A stretch of 60,821 bases of DNA from a virus. The translations under genes and the position numbers were made by a program. Every line of letters starts with the position of its first letter. Position 1 is the first letter of the stretch. Shown piece by piece: positions 43,676 to 53,400 of the stretch. The DNA is taken from IMG/VR virus record IMGVR_UViG_3300007643_000017, positions 1 to 60,821 of that record. The stretch is one strand, 5' to 3'. The notes below the pieces were generated by a model. That model was not told the DNA's origin. It did no database searches and saw nothing but the letters and a program-made list of their open reading frames with translations.

Positions 43676-43722
43676 GAACTCCCCCTGTCTACAAAAAGCC
43701 AACTATTGAAGAGGATTCTCAC

Positions 43723-44274
43723 ATGGCAAAACTCGATCTCATTGCGGTGAACAACATCACCCGCACAATCAAACCCGGCGTTGCAGGCAAAGGCCCGGGC
43801 GACTTCGGCACTCCACCGGAAACAAAAATCATCGCACCGAAGACTCGCTTCGTCGCCGTTGACGAAGACGAATACGATTTCTTGCTCGGTCAGGGTGCTG
43901 CGGTAGTGCCGGTCGATGCTGCTGAAAAAGCCAACATCAGCGAAGAAGACATCGCTGCTGCTGAAAAGGAAGCTGCTGAAAAGGAAGCTGCTGAAAAGCT
44001 GGCTGCCGAAGAAGCTGCCGCTGCCGAAGCCGAAGCTGCGCAAGAAGCTGCTGATGCCGAAGCTGCTGCTACCAAAGAAGCTGCTGAGAAGGAAGCTGCT
44101 GAAAAGGAAGCTGCTGAAAAGGAAGCTGCTGAAAAGGAAGCTGCTGAAAAGGAAGCTGCTGAGAAGGCTGCTGCCAAGGAAGCTGCCGAAGCCGAAGCTG
44201 CTGCCAAAAAAGGCGGCTCGACTCCAGCCAAAAAAGGCGGTAAGACCGAAGAGAAAGAATCTGATTTGGTCTAA
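43723..44274 (+). CDS. Protein with a small N-terminal domain plus a long (EAAEK)n helical repeat; gpFI position
   Basis: SD gaagagga. The (KEAAE) repeats are encoded by 15-bp tandem units. Ends ...EEKESDLV. Confidence 0.65.
   Translation: MAKLDLIAVNNITRTIKPGVAGKGPGDFGTPPETKIIAPKTRFVAVDEDEYDFLLGQGAAVVPVDAAEKANISEEDIAAAEKEAAEKEAAEKLAAEEAAAAEAEAAQEAADAEAAATKEAAEKEAAEKEAAEKEAAEKEAAEKEAAEKAAAKEAAEAEAAAKKGGSTPAKKGGKTEEKESDLV
43954..44215. repeat. Tandem 15-bp repeat GAAGCTGCTGA[AG]AAG: 2 units at 43969-43998, 6 units at 44077-44166, plus degenerate GCT/GAA-rich flanks
   Basis: Read directly. It generates shadow ORFs on both strands. Confidence 0.9.
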
Positions 44275-44279
44275 CGCTC

Positions 44280-45149
44280 ATGCAAAGTCTCCGTAAAATT
44301 AAACGGAAAGCTCGCCGGGACCTGCACTGTAACATGCAAGTTCCGGCGATCTACATTCTGCCCGACAATTCGGGAACCGTGCCTTGCCTTGTGCGAGTGC
44401 ATACGAAGTTCGACGCCCTCGGCGATGTCAAAGGTACATCCTTTGCGTATGCAGAGCGCCATGAGGACATCCCACAGATCATCTTCATGCGAGACCAAGT
44501 TCTCCCGGATCGCGGCGGGATCGTCTCTGTAGAGCCCGGAGAGGCCTACTGCATCGACAACACATTGCCGCCCGACGACATCACGCAAACAGGACAGGTC
44601 ACACGCCTGCCGGACGCGGAAGCTCTCGGCCTGCCGGTCCCAGACTGCTACGACGATTCCTATACAGCGACGTTTGACCCAATCATGTTCACCGCCAAAT
44701 CCAGCCTTGCCCAGTTTATCGAAGTGGACATCCCGTCGTTGGCCGGATCGCCTGTCGAGCTACAGGGCAACGACATCTATAACATTCCGCTCACGAGCAA
44801 TGGAGTTCTGGACGACAACCGTACCGGCCTGATCGCTGCGCACGATTTCTTTGTCGGCGACCAGTTCATTCCGTATGCTCTGGACGACCAGTATTTCATT
44901 CGACTCGATCTGGCCGCGCAATCGCTGTTCGCATCGAACACCGCCACATTCGAAATTAACGACGGCGTGAACAACGTCTACGAAGAATCAATTGTGGTGC
45001 CACGCCCGTCTTCCGGCACGACTGCACCAATCGCATTCTTCACTCGGATCAAGGCTACACAAGACATGGTGGACAACGGAGCTACATTCAGGGTACGTTT
45101 CGAAAACGACGCTGACTTGAGCGACGTAAAACTCTACATCTCGCTCTAA
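44280..45149 (+). CDS. Virion-module protein (289 aa); possible head-tail adaptor N-domain
   Basis: Position is after the capsid and FI-like genes. No family recognised with confidence. Confidence 0.45.
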   Translation: MQSLRKIKRKARRDLHCNMQVPAIYILPDNSGTVPCLVRVHTKFDALGDVKGTSFAYAERHEDIPQIIFMRDQVLPDRGGIVSVEPGEAYCIDNTLPPDDITQTGQVTRLPDAEALGLPVPDCYDDSYTATFDPIMFTAKSSLAQFIEVDIPSLAGSPVELQGNDIYNIPLTSNGVLDDNRTGLIAAHDFFVGDQFIPYALDDQYFIRLDLAAQSLFASNTATFEINDGVNNVYEESIVVPRPSSGTTAPIAFFTRIKATQDMVDNGATFRVRFENDADLSDVKLYISL

Positions 45150-45159
45150 AGGACTCGTC

Positions 45160-45453
45160 ATGGCCGACTACCGTATTTTCCACGACGAAGCGTCCAGAAC
45201 GATTGTCATTGAAGGTGTTCGAGAAGTATTTCCCGAGGCGTCTCTGACTCCCGTCTACTTGGGCGGAGATGATATTGCGGTCCGACATGACGGCCAAGGC
45301 TGGAATGTCATTGGGCCAATTTCGTTCACACGCCTTCGCCGAGGCGACAACACGGCATTCGCGAGCGCTTCCGATTGTTTTTCTTATCTGGACACAGAAC
45401 TGAAAAAGAAGTACGAAGCGACTGAAATCAATTGGACCGAAGATAACTGGTAA
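45160..45453 (+). CDS. Hypothetical virion-module protein (97 aa)
   Basis: ORF in the packed structural operon. Confidence 0.5.
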   Translation: MADYRIFHDEASRTIVIEGVREVFPEASLTPVYLGGDDIAVRHDGQGWNVIGPISFTRLRRGDNTAFASASDCFSYLDTELKKKYEATEINWTEDNW

Positions 45454-45465
45454 GGATTCCCCCCG

Positions 45466-46038
45466 ATGGCCAAACTCAGCATGTACCAACTCACGGCGCT
45501 GCCAACTCCACCGTACACCGCTAATTCAGTGTATTTCATCGAACATGCGAACGGCAACGACGCTGAACTCTACATCACAGACTCTGCCGGTGCATTGCAC
45601 AACGTCGGCAACACTGTGATGATTACGGCGATTGCCAACGCGGCGGTTACTGCGGCTCTCGCAACACAGAACTCTGTCGAAGTATTCCCCGACATCCCAA
45701 CTCGCGATGCAGCTACCCTGACATCGAACAGCTTGGTTGTCGTCATCGACGCGTCTGGCGATCCTACGGTCACTGCCGGTTCAGCACTGTACGTCTATCA
45801 ATCCGTCCCGGATACGTTCGACAAGCTCTCCGAGTTCGAAAGCCTCGACATCGTTCTCGACTGGGCCAACATCCAGAACAAGCCCGCTTCCCCGGTCGCA
45901 CAGATCGACGATGCGGTATCACTCCGCCATTCCCACGCCAACAAAGCCGACCTTGACCGCATGTCGTTCGACGGGGACGATTGCCTGTTGGTTGACGGTG
46001 TTCCGGTCAAGCAGCCGTGGACTGGCCAAGATTGGTAA
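45466..46038 (+). CDS. Fibre-like protein (190 aa)
   Basis: LDWANIQNKPASP resembles a motif I recall from phage tail-fibre proteins. Ala/Thr-rich. Confidence 0.4.
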   Translation: MAKLSMYQLTALPTPPYTANSVYFIEHANGNDAELYITDSAGALHNVGNTVMITAIANAAVTAALATQNSVEVFPDIPTRDAATLTSNSLVVVIDASGDPTVTAGSALYVYQSVPDTFDKLSEFESLDIVLDWANIQNKPASPVAQIDDAVSLRHSHANKADLDRMSFDGDDCLLVDGVPVKQPWTGQDW

Positions 46039-46044
46039 GAACCG

Positions 46045-46740
46045 ATGGCTGAAAAGCTAAACGTATCGCGTAAAGCTGGTATCCCCTCAGCACCGAATCC
46101 CGCAGGCTCGATTGACTTCGTCAAGACAGTTGCAGGGGACGGTGCTTTGGCATACGTTACCGGCACCAACGGTTCGCCTCACCCATTGTTCGGCGCGAAC
46201 CTGAAATTTCTTGCCGGGGCTAATCTCCCGGCGAACCCACAACGGGAAACAATGTACGTCAGTACCTCGGCGAAGGTGATTTACTTCGTAGACAAAGATG
46301 GCAACAGATGTGTATTCCCAATGACGGAGGGCAGTCTATTGGCCAACGTAATCTATGACGAAGCAGAAGCGCCAGTTGCGACGACCTCGACTACGCGCCA
46401 GAGCATGCTTCAATTGAGCGAGATCGTCGATCCGGGAATCTACATCATTGATTTCGCGTATGGCTGGACGAACAACTCGACCACCGCAGACATCGAAATC
46501 GAGTTCGAGGTTGACGGAGCAACCGTCTTGCAGCCACATCGCGAAGAAGTGCAAGACGCGGGCGGATCATCCGCTTGGACCGGCACGGATCAGACGCACG
46601 TCGGCTTCAAGCGCACAATCGTTGACTGGACTTCCGGTGGCGCACATACGGCAGAAGTTTTCTTCCGCTCAACAGGCGGTGCCGAGGTATCAATGTTCGA
46701 CGTATCTATCGTCGGATGGAACATGACGGGGCTCGGATAA
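46045..46740 (+). CDS. Hypothetical virion-module protein (231 aa)
   Basis: ORF in the packed structural operon. Confidence 0.5.
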   Translation: MAEKLNVSRKAGIPSAPNPAGSIDFVKTVAGDGALAYVTGTNGSPHPLFGANLKFLAGANLPANPQRETMYVSTSAKVIYFVDKDGNRCVFPMTEGSLLANVIYDEAEAPVATTSTTRQSMLQLSEIVDPGIYIIDFAYGWTNNSTTADIEIEFEVDGATVLQPHREEVQDAGGSSAWTGTDQTHVGFKRTIVDWTSGGAHTAEVFFRSTGGAEVSMFDVSIVGWNMTGLG

Positions 46741-46741
46741 G

Positions 46742-47317
46742 ATGACACATCAAGTTGAAATCGAAATTGCAACACCAGTTCGCCCGCAAGGCGTTGTCGA
46801 TGTCATGTCGCAACTGCCGGACATGCCTGCAATCCTTGGCGCGACGTGCAAGCCCGGAGCGGTCGTCGTCGAGTATGAAGACGAGCTATCTGCCACACAG
46901 AAATCAACCATCGAAGCCTACGGCCCGACACTGCCGTTTGCATGCCGCCAGATGCAATACATCAAAGCAGCATCAGAAGAGATCGAGGAAGCCATCACGT
47001 CCGGCGTGACTTCGGATGTCACGGGCACGGTCTACACATATGATTCAGATCGCGACTCACAGTTGAACTTGATCGGCGCGATTGTCGGCCAAGCTGACAT
47101 GTACTGGCATGCTAAATTGCCCGGAACGAAAATGAAGATTCCAGTCTTGCACACGCATGCTCAAATCGTCGGTCTCGGGAATGCGGTCAAGGCATGGAAA
47201 GAAACTCGCATCTTCCTGTATCAGACCTTCGTCGGTCAGGTGATGGCCGCTTCCAACATGGCTGAGATCGACGCACTCCACGCTTCGTTCGACCCATATG
47301 CCGAAGTTACGGGCTAG
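46742..47317 (+). CDS. Hypothetical virion-module protein (191 aa)
   Basis: ORF in the packed structural operon. Confidence 0.5.
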   Translation: MTHQVEIEIATPVRPQGVVDVMSQLPDMPAILGATCKPGAVVVEYEDELSATQKSTIEAYGPTLPFACRQMQYIKAASEEIEEAITSGVTSDVTGTVYTYDSDRDSQLNLIGAIVGQADMYWHAKLPGTKMKIPVLHTHAQIVGLGNAVKAWKETRIFLYQTFVGQVMAASNMAEIDALHASFDPYAEVTG

Positions 47318-47325
47318 CCCCCAAA

Positions 47326-47754
47326 ATGGCCAAGCTCGCATTCTATAAAGCCAAAGGCGGTTGGATCGACAAAGTGATCCGTTGGGGCACACGGGCTCCA
47401 CACTCGCACGTGGAACTGGTGGACGACCTCGGTGTCTGGTGGACATCAAGCCATCGTGACGGCGGTGTACGGGCTAAAATGATGACGCCTCGACCGGGTC
47501 ACTGGGACTACATCGACATCCCGGACTCCATCGACATCGACTGGCGTCCTTTCATCAAAGCCAACTCCGAGAACGCGAAGTATGATTACGCTGGCATTAT
47601 GCTTTCGCAGATGATCTCCATGGCCCGCCACAACCCCAACAAGTGGTTCTGTTCAGAAATCTGTGCAGCTTCGCTCGGGTTTGAGTCGCCGCACACTATT
47701 TCACCGGGCAGGCTTTACGAATTGATGCAGTGGCAGCAACGACACGGGGGCTGA
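47326..47754 (+). CDS. Putative permuted papain-fold (NlpC/P60-superfamily, YiiX-like) hydrolase
   Basis: The His comes before the Cys: RAPHSHVELV ... KWFCSEICAASLG. Confidence 0.4.
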   Translation: MAKLAFYKAKGGWIDKVIRWGTRAPHSHVELVDDLGVWWTSSHRDGGVRAKMMTPRPGHWDYIDIPDSIDIDWRPFIKANSENAKYDYAGIMLSQMISMARHNPNKWFCSEICAASLGFESPHTISPGRLYELMQWQQRHGG

Positions 47755-47755
47755 T

Positions 47756-48370
47756 ATGCCTGACAATTTCGCCATCTTCGTAGACGGGATTTCCAACCTC
47801 AACCTGTTCAAAGACCTTGACAAGGAAGTCGAGCGCAATCTTGTTCGAGCAGTCAACAAAGCCACGCGAGACGGTCGCGCAAAGTCCGCCCGTTTCATTC
47901 GAGAGCAAGTCAATTTCCCGGCACGGTATTTGAGCCCGGGCGGAAAAAGGCTGGTCGTCGGCAAGCCCGCGACATTGGCTAAAGCCGAATCTAAGATCAT
48001 CGCGAGGACCAGAGCAACGTCGCTTGCCCGGTTCGTATCCGGCACACCACGACGAGGCGATCCTGTCCGGGTAGAAGTTTCTCCCGGCAAGGCCCGGTAT
48101 CTCAGAAACGCATTCCTCGTCAAACTGCCAGCAGGCTCGCAGCCGGTTGACACCAAGTTCAACCTCGGGCTGGCTATTCGTCTCGGCCCGAACGAAACGC
48201 TCCGCAATAAAGTCTCGGCCAGAAAATTGACTAAAGGCCTCTATCTGTTGTATGGCCCTTCCGTAGACCAAGTGTTCTTGGATAATTCCGGCGACGGTGT
48301 GGCTCGTGACGTAGAGCCCTCAATCATGGATAACCTTGAAGACGAATTTTTGAGATTGATGGATTTGTAG
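47756..48370 (+). CDS. Putative tail completion protein (gpZ-like)
   Basis: Position, plus NLVRAVNKATRDGRAKSARFIREQV...SKIIARTRATSLARF. Confidence 0.4.
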   Translation: MPDNFAIFVDGISNLNLFKDLDKEVERNLVRAVNKATRDGRAKSARFIREQVNFPARYLSPGGKRLVVGKPATLAKAESKIIARTRATSLARFVSGTPRRGDPVRVEVSPGKARYLRNAFLVKLPAGSQPVDTKFNLGLAIRLGPNETLRNKVSARKLTKGLYLLYGPSVDQVFLDNSGDGVARDVEPSIMDNLEDEFLRLMDL

Positions 48371-48371
48371 T

Positions 48372-48896
48372 ATGGCTGACGATACCGACATTGACACAGA
48401 CCTCGTGATCCGACTGCGGATTCTCGATAAGCTGACGAAGGTTCTCTCGGCCATCACTGTCACCTACGGTACTGATTCCTACGACATGACAGACAAGGTC
48501 TTTCGCGGCAGAGTAATCTTCGGTGACAACGACCCGATCCCAATGTTCTCCATCCTTGAAGTCCCCATCCCATTGGACCAGCTTGAAACACGTGGAATCA
48601 ATACGTGTAGCGCCGGTCCGTGGGAACTGATGATCCAAGGATTTCTCCCTGACGACAAAGAAAACCCAACTGACCCCGGACACGTATTTCTCGCAGCAGT
48701 CAAGCAGGCCTTGGCAGCACAGAAAACACGTGGTAGAGGACAGAAGATTCTCGGTTTCGAAAGACACGTTACCGACATGAAAATCGGGGCCGGGGTTGTC
48801 CGCCCGCCTGATGAAATTTCAGCCAAGGCCTACTTTTGGTTGAATATCACGCTGGACATTGTCGAAAACTGGGAAGACCCGCTTGACGCTGGCTGA
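48372..48896 (+). CDS. Putative tail terminator (gpU position)
   Basis: It lies immediately upstream of the tail tube gene. Position only. Confidence 0.35.
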   Translation: MADDTDIDTDLVIRLRILDKLTKVLSAITVTYGTDSYDMTDKVFRGRVIFGDNDPIPMFSILEVPIPLDQLETRGINTCSAGPWELMIQGFLPDDKENPTDPGHVFLAAVKQALAAQKTRGRGQKILGFERHVTDMKIGAGVVRPPDEISAKAYFWLNITLDIVENWEDPLDAG

Positions 48897-48919
48897 CCCG
48901 CAAACAAAGGACCAATACC

Positions 48920-49699
48920 ATGGCCAACGATTATACCCTTGGGCGCGGAGAACTCCACTTTTCCCGCTTCGTAACTGGAACTACACCCGGCGACTATCGC
49001 TACCTCGGTAACTCCCCCGAGTTCAATCTGTCGATTGAGACAGAAGACCTCGACCACTTCTCTTCCGATTTCGGTATCCGTGAAAAAGATGCTTCAATCG
49101 TTCTGGAAGTGAACCGTTCAGGTTCGATGATCCTCGATTCGATTGACGTTGAAAACCTCGCGCTGTTCTTCTTCGGTGACATCTCTACGGAGACCATCGT
49201 TGCCGCAGCCGGTACGACTGAATCAATCCTCGCTCTTGAGCAGGGCCGCAGCTACAACATCGGCTACACGCCTGCTACGCCTGTCGGCGCTATCGGCATC
49301 GACCCGGTCACGTTTGACGTGCAGCCTGCTGGCGGTGGTACTGCTTTCGTCGTTGATACCGATTACACGGTTGATGCTGACGACGGCTACATCACCATCG
49401 TTGAAGGCGGCGGCATTGCCAACGGAACTGGCATCGACATTACCTACGATCTGCTCGGCTCGACTCGTGAGCGCGTGATCTCCGGTAACACTGCTGTTGA
49501 GGGCGCACTTCGCTACAAAGCGAACAACCCTGCCGGTACGAACAAAAACGTGTTCATGCCATACGTCAAAGTCACCCCGAACGGCGACATCGCCTTCAAG
49601 GGCGACGAGTGGCAGCAGATTCCTCTCAACCTTGAAATCCTCAAGGTCAACGAGGCAACTTCCGCAATCTACGTGGACGGTGTTCCAACCTACGCGTAA
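48920..49699 (+). CDS. Major tail tube protein
   Basis: It lies directly before the chaperone pair and tape measure. N-terminus is LGRGELHFSRF...YRYLGNSPEFNLS. Confidence 0.6.
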   Translation: MANDYTLGRGELHFSRFVTGTTPGDYRYLGNSPEFNLSIETEDLDHFSSDFGIREKDASIVLEVNRSGSMILDSIDVENLALFFFGDISTETIVAAAGTTESILALEQGRSYNIGYTPATPVGAIGIDPVTFDVQPAGGGTAFVVDTDYTVDADDGYITIVEGGGIANGTGIDITYDLLGSTRERVISGNTAVEGALRYKANNPAGTNKNVFMPYVKVTPNGDIAFKGDEWQQIPLNLEILKVNEATSAIYVDGVPTYA

Positions 49700-49720
49700 C
49701 AACCAAAGGGGGCCACTCTT

Positions 49721-50206
49721 ATGGCACTTAAAGGCTATTCTCTCCCGACGAAGAGAATCGATCTCCCGGGCGATGAAGAAAGTTTCTTCAACGTTCGGGG
49801 TCTCTCTCTTTCAGACCTTTCACAACTATCCGCAGTCCATTTCCCACAGCTTGCGCTTCTGTTCTCAGAAGGCAAAAGGAAGCTCGCTGAGAGCGACCGA
49901 GGGCTTGAGGACATCGACATTGCGGAGATGGCAAAACTCGCACTGATGACTGCCCCGGCAGCCGTAGCACACGGCATAGCCTTGGCGGCAGACGAGCCAG
50001 AAGAAGTTGAAACCATCGAACGTCTTCCCGGTCCGACTCAACTAAGCGCTTTGATGTCCATTGCGGAACTCACCTTCCACAGCGATGCCGAAGTAAAAAA
50101 GCTAGTAGAGGCGGTCATTCAAGCGATGGCGGGCGGCTCGACCCTTTTGCAAGACCTCCAATCTCAGGATTTCGAGGGTTTGTCTGGGGAGTCCGTCGAG
50201 ACGTAA
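49721..50206 (+). CDS. Tail assembly chaperone (gpG-like)
   Basis: Position before the tape measure gene. It contains an in-phase slippery heptamer. Confidence 0.7.
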   Translation: MALKGYSLPTKRIDLPGDEESFFNVRGLSLSDLSQLSAVHFPQLALLFSEGKRKLAESDRGLEDIDIAEMAKLALMTAPAAVAHGIALAADEPEEVETIERLPGPTQLSALMSIAELTFHSDAEVKKLVEAVIQAMAGGSTLLQDLQSQDFEGLSGESVET

Positions 50207-50457
50207 GTCTCTTAGTCGATCACGGTCATCCCGAAGCGCGGTACTATCCGCTCGGGATGGTCCTCGACGAGGTCACGCTTGTTACCGAACGCGTTAATGG
50301 AATACTGGCATCGGAAACGTCACTACTCCAATTGGCCGTCTCTTCCATCCTCGTGAAAAAAGCGGGCACAAATTTGGATAGACAACTTAAAGACTTGTCG
50401 TTAGACATTAGGGTTAACGATCCTGAAATTCCCGATCAGGACCAGAACGGAGAGTAG
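49721..50457 (+). CDS. Tail assembly chaperone -1 frameshift product (gpGT-like)
   Basis: The -1 frame is open from 50095 to the stop at 50455-57; I checked every codon by hand. Confidence 0.65.
50095..50101 (+). other. Programmed -1 ribosomal frameshift slippery site A AAA AAG
   Basis: In the zero frame it reads GTA AAA AAG (V K K), which is the X XXY YYZ phase. Confidence 0.7.
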
Positions 50458-50463
50458 ACCCTT

Positions 50464-53400
50464 ATGGCTCGCAGAGATGTCGAACTCGTTGTCCGCGCCA
50501 AGGACGAGGCCGAAAAGGTCATCAAGTCCCTCACTGGCGCGGTCAACCAATTCACCAAAGCACAAGATGGCCTCAAGGCGCAGGGCGGCGAAACAGACTC
50601 AACTCTGTCTCGCCTCGGTGCGACCTTCAAGGAACTCGATTCACAGCTTAAAGGTTTCACGGTCGGCCAGAACATCACTCGCCAACTGGATCGAGCCACG
50701 TCGGCTTCTGATCGGCTCGACAAGAGCCTCACGGAACTGACGAAAGAATCCGCTCGCCTCTCGAAAGAGACTGCCAAGGTCGAGCAAGAAAACGCGAAGC
50801 TGGCAGCGTCCACGACGCGGGCGGCATCCGCTGTTTCGAAACAGGCTACTGCCGTCAAACGGGCGCAGGCCAATCAGAAAGAACTCACAGCTTCACTCCG
50901 TCAGGCTAATGCTGAACGGGGCAAACTCGCTACGGCTGAAACCAGAACGCAGGCCAACTTGACGAAGCAGAATGCTGCGGTCGATGCGGCGGCTGCCAAG
51001 TATCAGAAGCTGAGCAACCAAGTCACAAACACGGTCAACCCCACGAAACGGTTGGCCCAACAGCTTGCGACATCGAACACCGCTCTGGATCGGCAGAAGG
51101 CGAAACTCGAAACGCTGAACGGATCGTACTCCGCCAATCAAGCGGCAGTGCAGAAAGCCGAAACTTCGATCAGCCGGTTCGCGAAGAACCTCGCTGAGTC
51201 CAACGCCAATCTGACGAAGCAGAAGACCCGCCTCGACGAACTCCAACGCGAGTACAAAGAGACCGAAGGGTCGTCGAAGGCTGCGGCCAGACAACTGAAA
51301 AATCTCCGGGGTGATTCCGAGAAGGTAGAGCAGTCGCTGCTCGGCCAACGAGAAGCCCTGAACAAAACTCAGGTCGAGATGGACCAACTGGCAACTGCCG
51401 CTGGTAAGGCCGACCGAGTTCTCCAATCTTTGGCCACGCGCTCCGGTGCGGCATTGCAGGCTGCGTTCGACAAGCAACGTCGGACTCTTCTGGAAACCAA
51501 GCGTGAGTGGAAAGCATATCAGGCGCAGGTCGCTACTGCGGCGGCATCGACCGTCAAGATCGGCCCACCCACCCGGCAGGTCGCCGAAGCGATGGCCCGT
51601 GCGCAGATCAGCGCCGGTCGAGCCAAGAAAGAATACCAAGCGCAGCGTGTCGCACTACAGCAACTTTCTGGTGTACTTCGTCAGTCTGCAACCGACACTG
51701 ATTCTCTTCGCGCCCGCCAAGAACGGTTTGTCCAAATCCAAGCTCGGACTGGACAGGCCATTGCTCGCATCCGGTCGCAGTCTGAACAGGCTGCTCGGAG
51801 CAATCAAGTTCTGGCGAATGCCGCAGAGAGAGCAGGACGCGGGCTTGCCCGTGTTTCGCAAGGGGCTGATCGGGTAGCGGCATCTACGGGCCGTGCAGCA
51901 GGCAACACAGGTCGTTTGGCCGGGACGTTCAACAGACTCAACGGCGAAACTCGTCGCTCTCTCGGGACGCTACAGCGGGTAAGAGGACAAGTCCTGTCTA
52001 TGGTTGCGGCCTACGGCGGGCTCTTCGGAGTTGTTAGCCTGATCGGTAAGACCAGAAACGCTGTCCGTGAACTCGAAGCTGCGCAGTCTCGATTGAACGT
52101 TGTGTTCGATGGCGACCAGCGTCTCGTCGGAGAGGAACTTGGTTTCATCCGTCGTGAGTCCAAAAGGCTCGCGCTGGACTTCGGTGCGCTGGCGCAAGAA
52201 TACACCAAGTTTGCGGTTGCCACGAAGGGCACCAATCTCGAAGGCGAGAAGACAAGACAGATTTTCCTCGGACTGGCTACGTCCGCACGTGTTAACAAAC
52301 TGACGACCGCACAGACAGGTCGAGCATTCAACGCCTTGACGCAGATCGCGTCGAAGGGCGTCGTTCAGATGGAAGAGCTACGGCAGCAGTTGGGTGACTC
52401 GATCCCCGGCGCTATCCAGAAGTTCGCCAAGGCGTCAGGCTTTGGTGCCGACGAGGTGGACAAGTTCTTCAAGGCGGTTACGGACGGCGAAATCGGTGCC
52501 GAGAAACTGGTGGACTTCGCCAGAGTTCTGGCCGAAGAAGCTGGCCCGCAGTTGGACAAAGCGCTGGCTCAAAACACCGCCAGAATTGACAAGTTTTTCA
52601 ACAGCGTAACCTTCGCCCTGCAACGGTTTGGTGCTGGTGGTCTCGACGACGGACTAGCTGATCTGGCCGATAGCGTGGCCAATGTTTTGGACTCCGATAA
52701 GTTCCGTGCGTTCTCAGACACCGCCAGTGCTGCGCTCGGTAAATTGCTGGACATCATCTCCGTCCTCGCAGAGAACTTCGACGTTCTGATTATTGCAATG
52801 TCTGCATTCGCTGGCGTCAAGCTGGCCGGGGCAGTCATTCGCTTGGCTACCGCATTCTCAGGTCGCCTCGGTCCGGCCCTAGCTGGCTTCGGCGCAAACC
52901 TTCGCGGCACAACTGCCGCCATGCGGGCAAGCACAGGCGCTGCCGGAGCCGCTGCTGTTGGCGTTCGTGGCCTCGGACTGGCGTTCCGTGCCGTCTTCTC
53001 GGCGACAGGCATCGGTCTGGCGATCACAGCGATCACGACGGTCCTCGGATACCTCGCCACGCAGAGCAGTGAAGTCACCAAGTCTTTCGACGAGATGGCG
53101 ACACAGACGGATAAAGTGAAAGCTGCATTCCGCAATGCCGAAGGTGATCTCAACAAGTTTAGGAAAGCGCTCGACGGTCTGACTGTTTCGCAAGCGCAAG
53201 GCTCGCTGCTCAAAGCAGAAGAAGCCCTCGCTGCGATCCGAAAAGAAGCGAACACGTTTGTCGATTTCTCTCGGGGTGCTGCCTACCGGCAGGCCTACGG
53301 CGGGTCAATCCTTGACGCCTTCACGGAACGTGCGGGTAAAGACGCATTTGAGGCCATCCGTACTCTGCGGACTCAATTCGTCAATGGAGCCATTGACGCG

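Noticed and set aside
43890-44296. Long ORFs on the opposite strand and in an alternative frame across the (EAAEK)n repeat (43890-44231 minus, 43916-44296 plus)
   Set aside because: They are shadow ORFs created by the GCT/GAA-rich 15-bp tandem repeat. Only the frame continuous with the N-terminal domain and its SD is credible.
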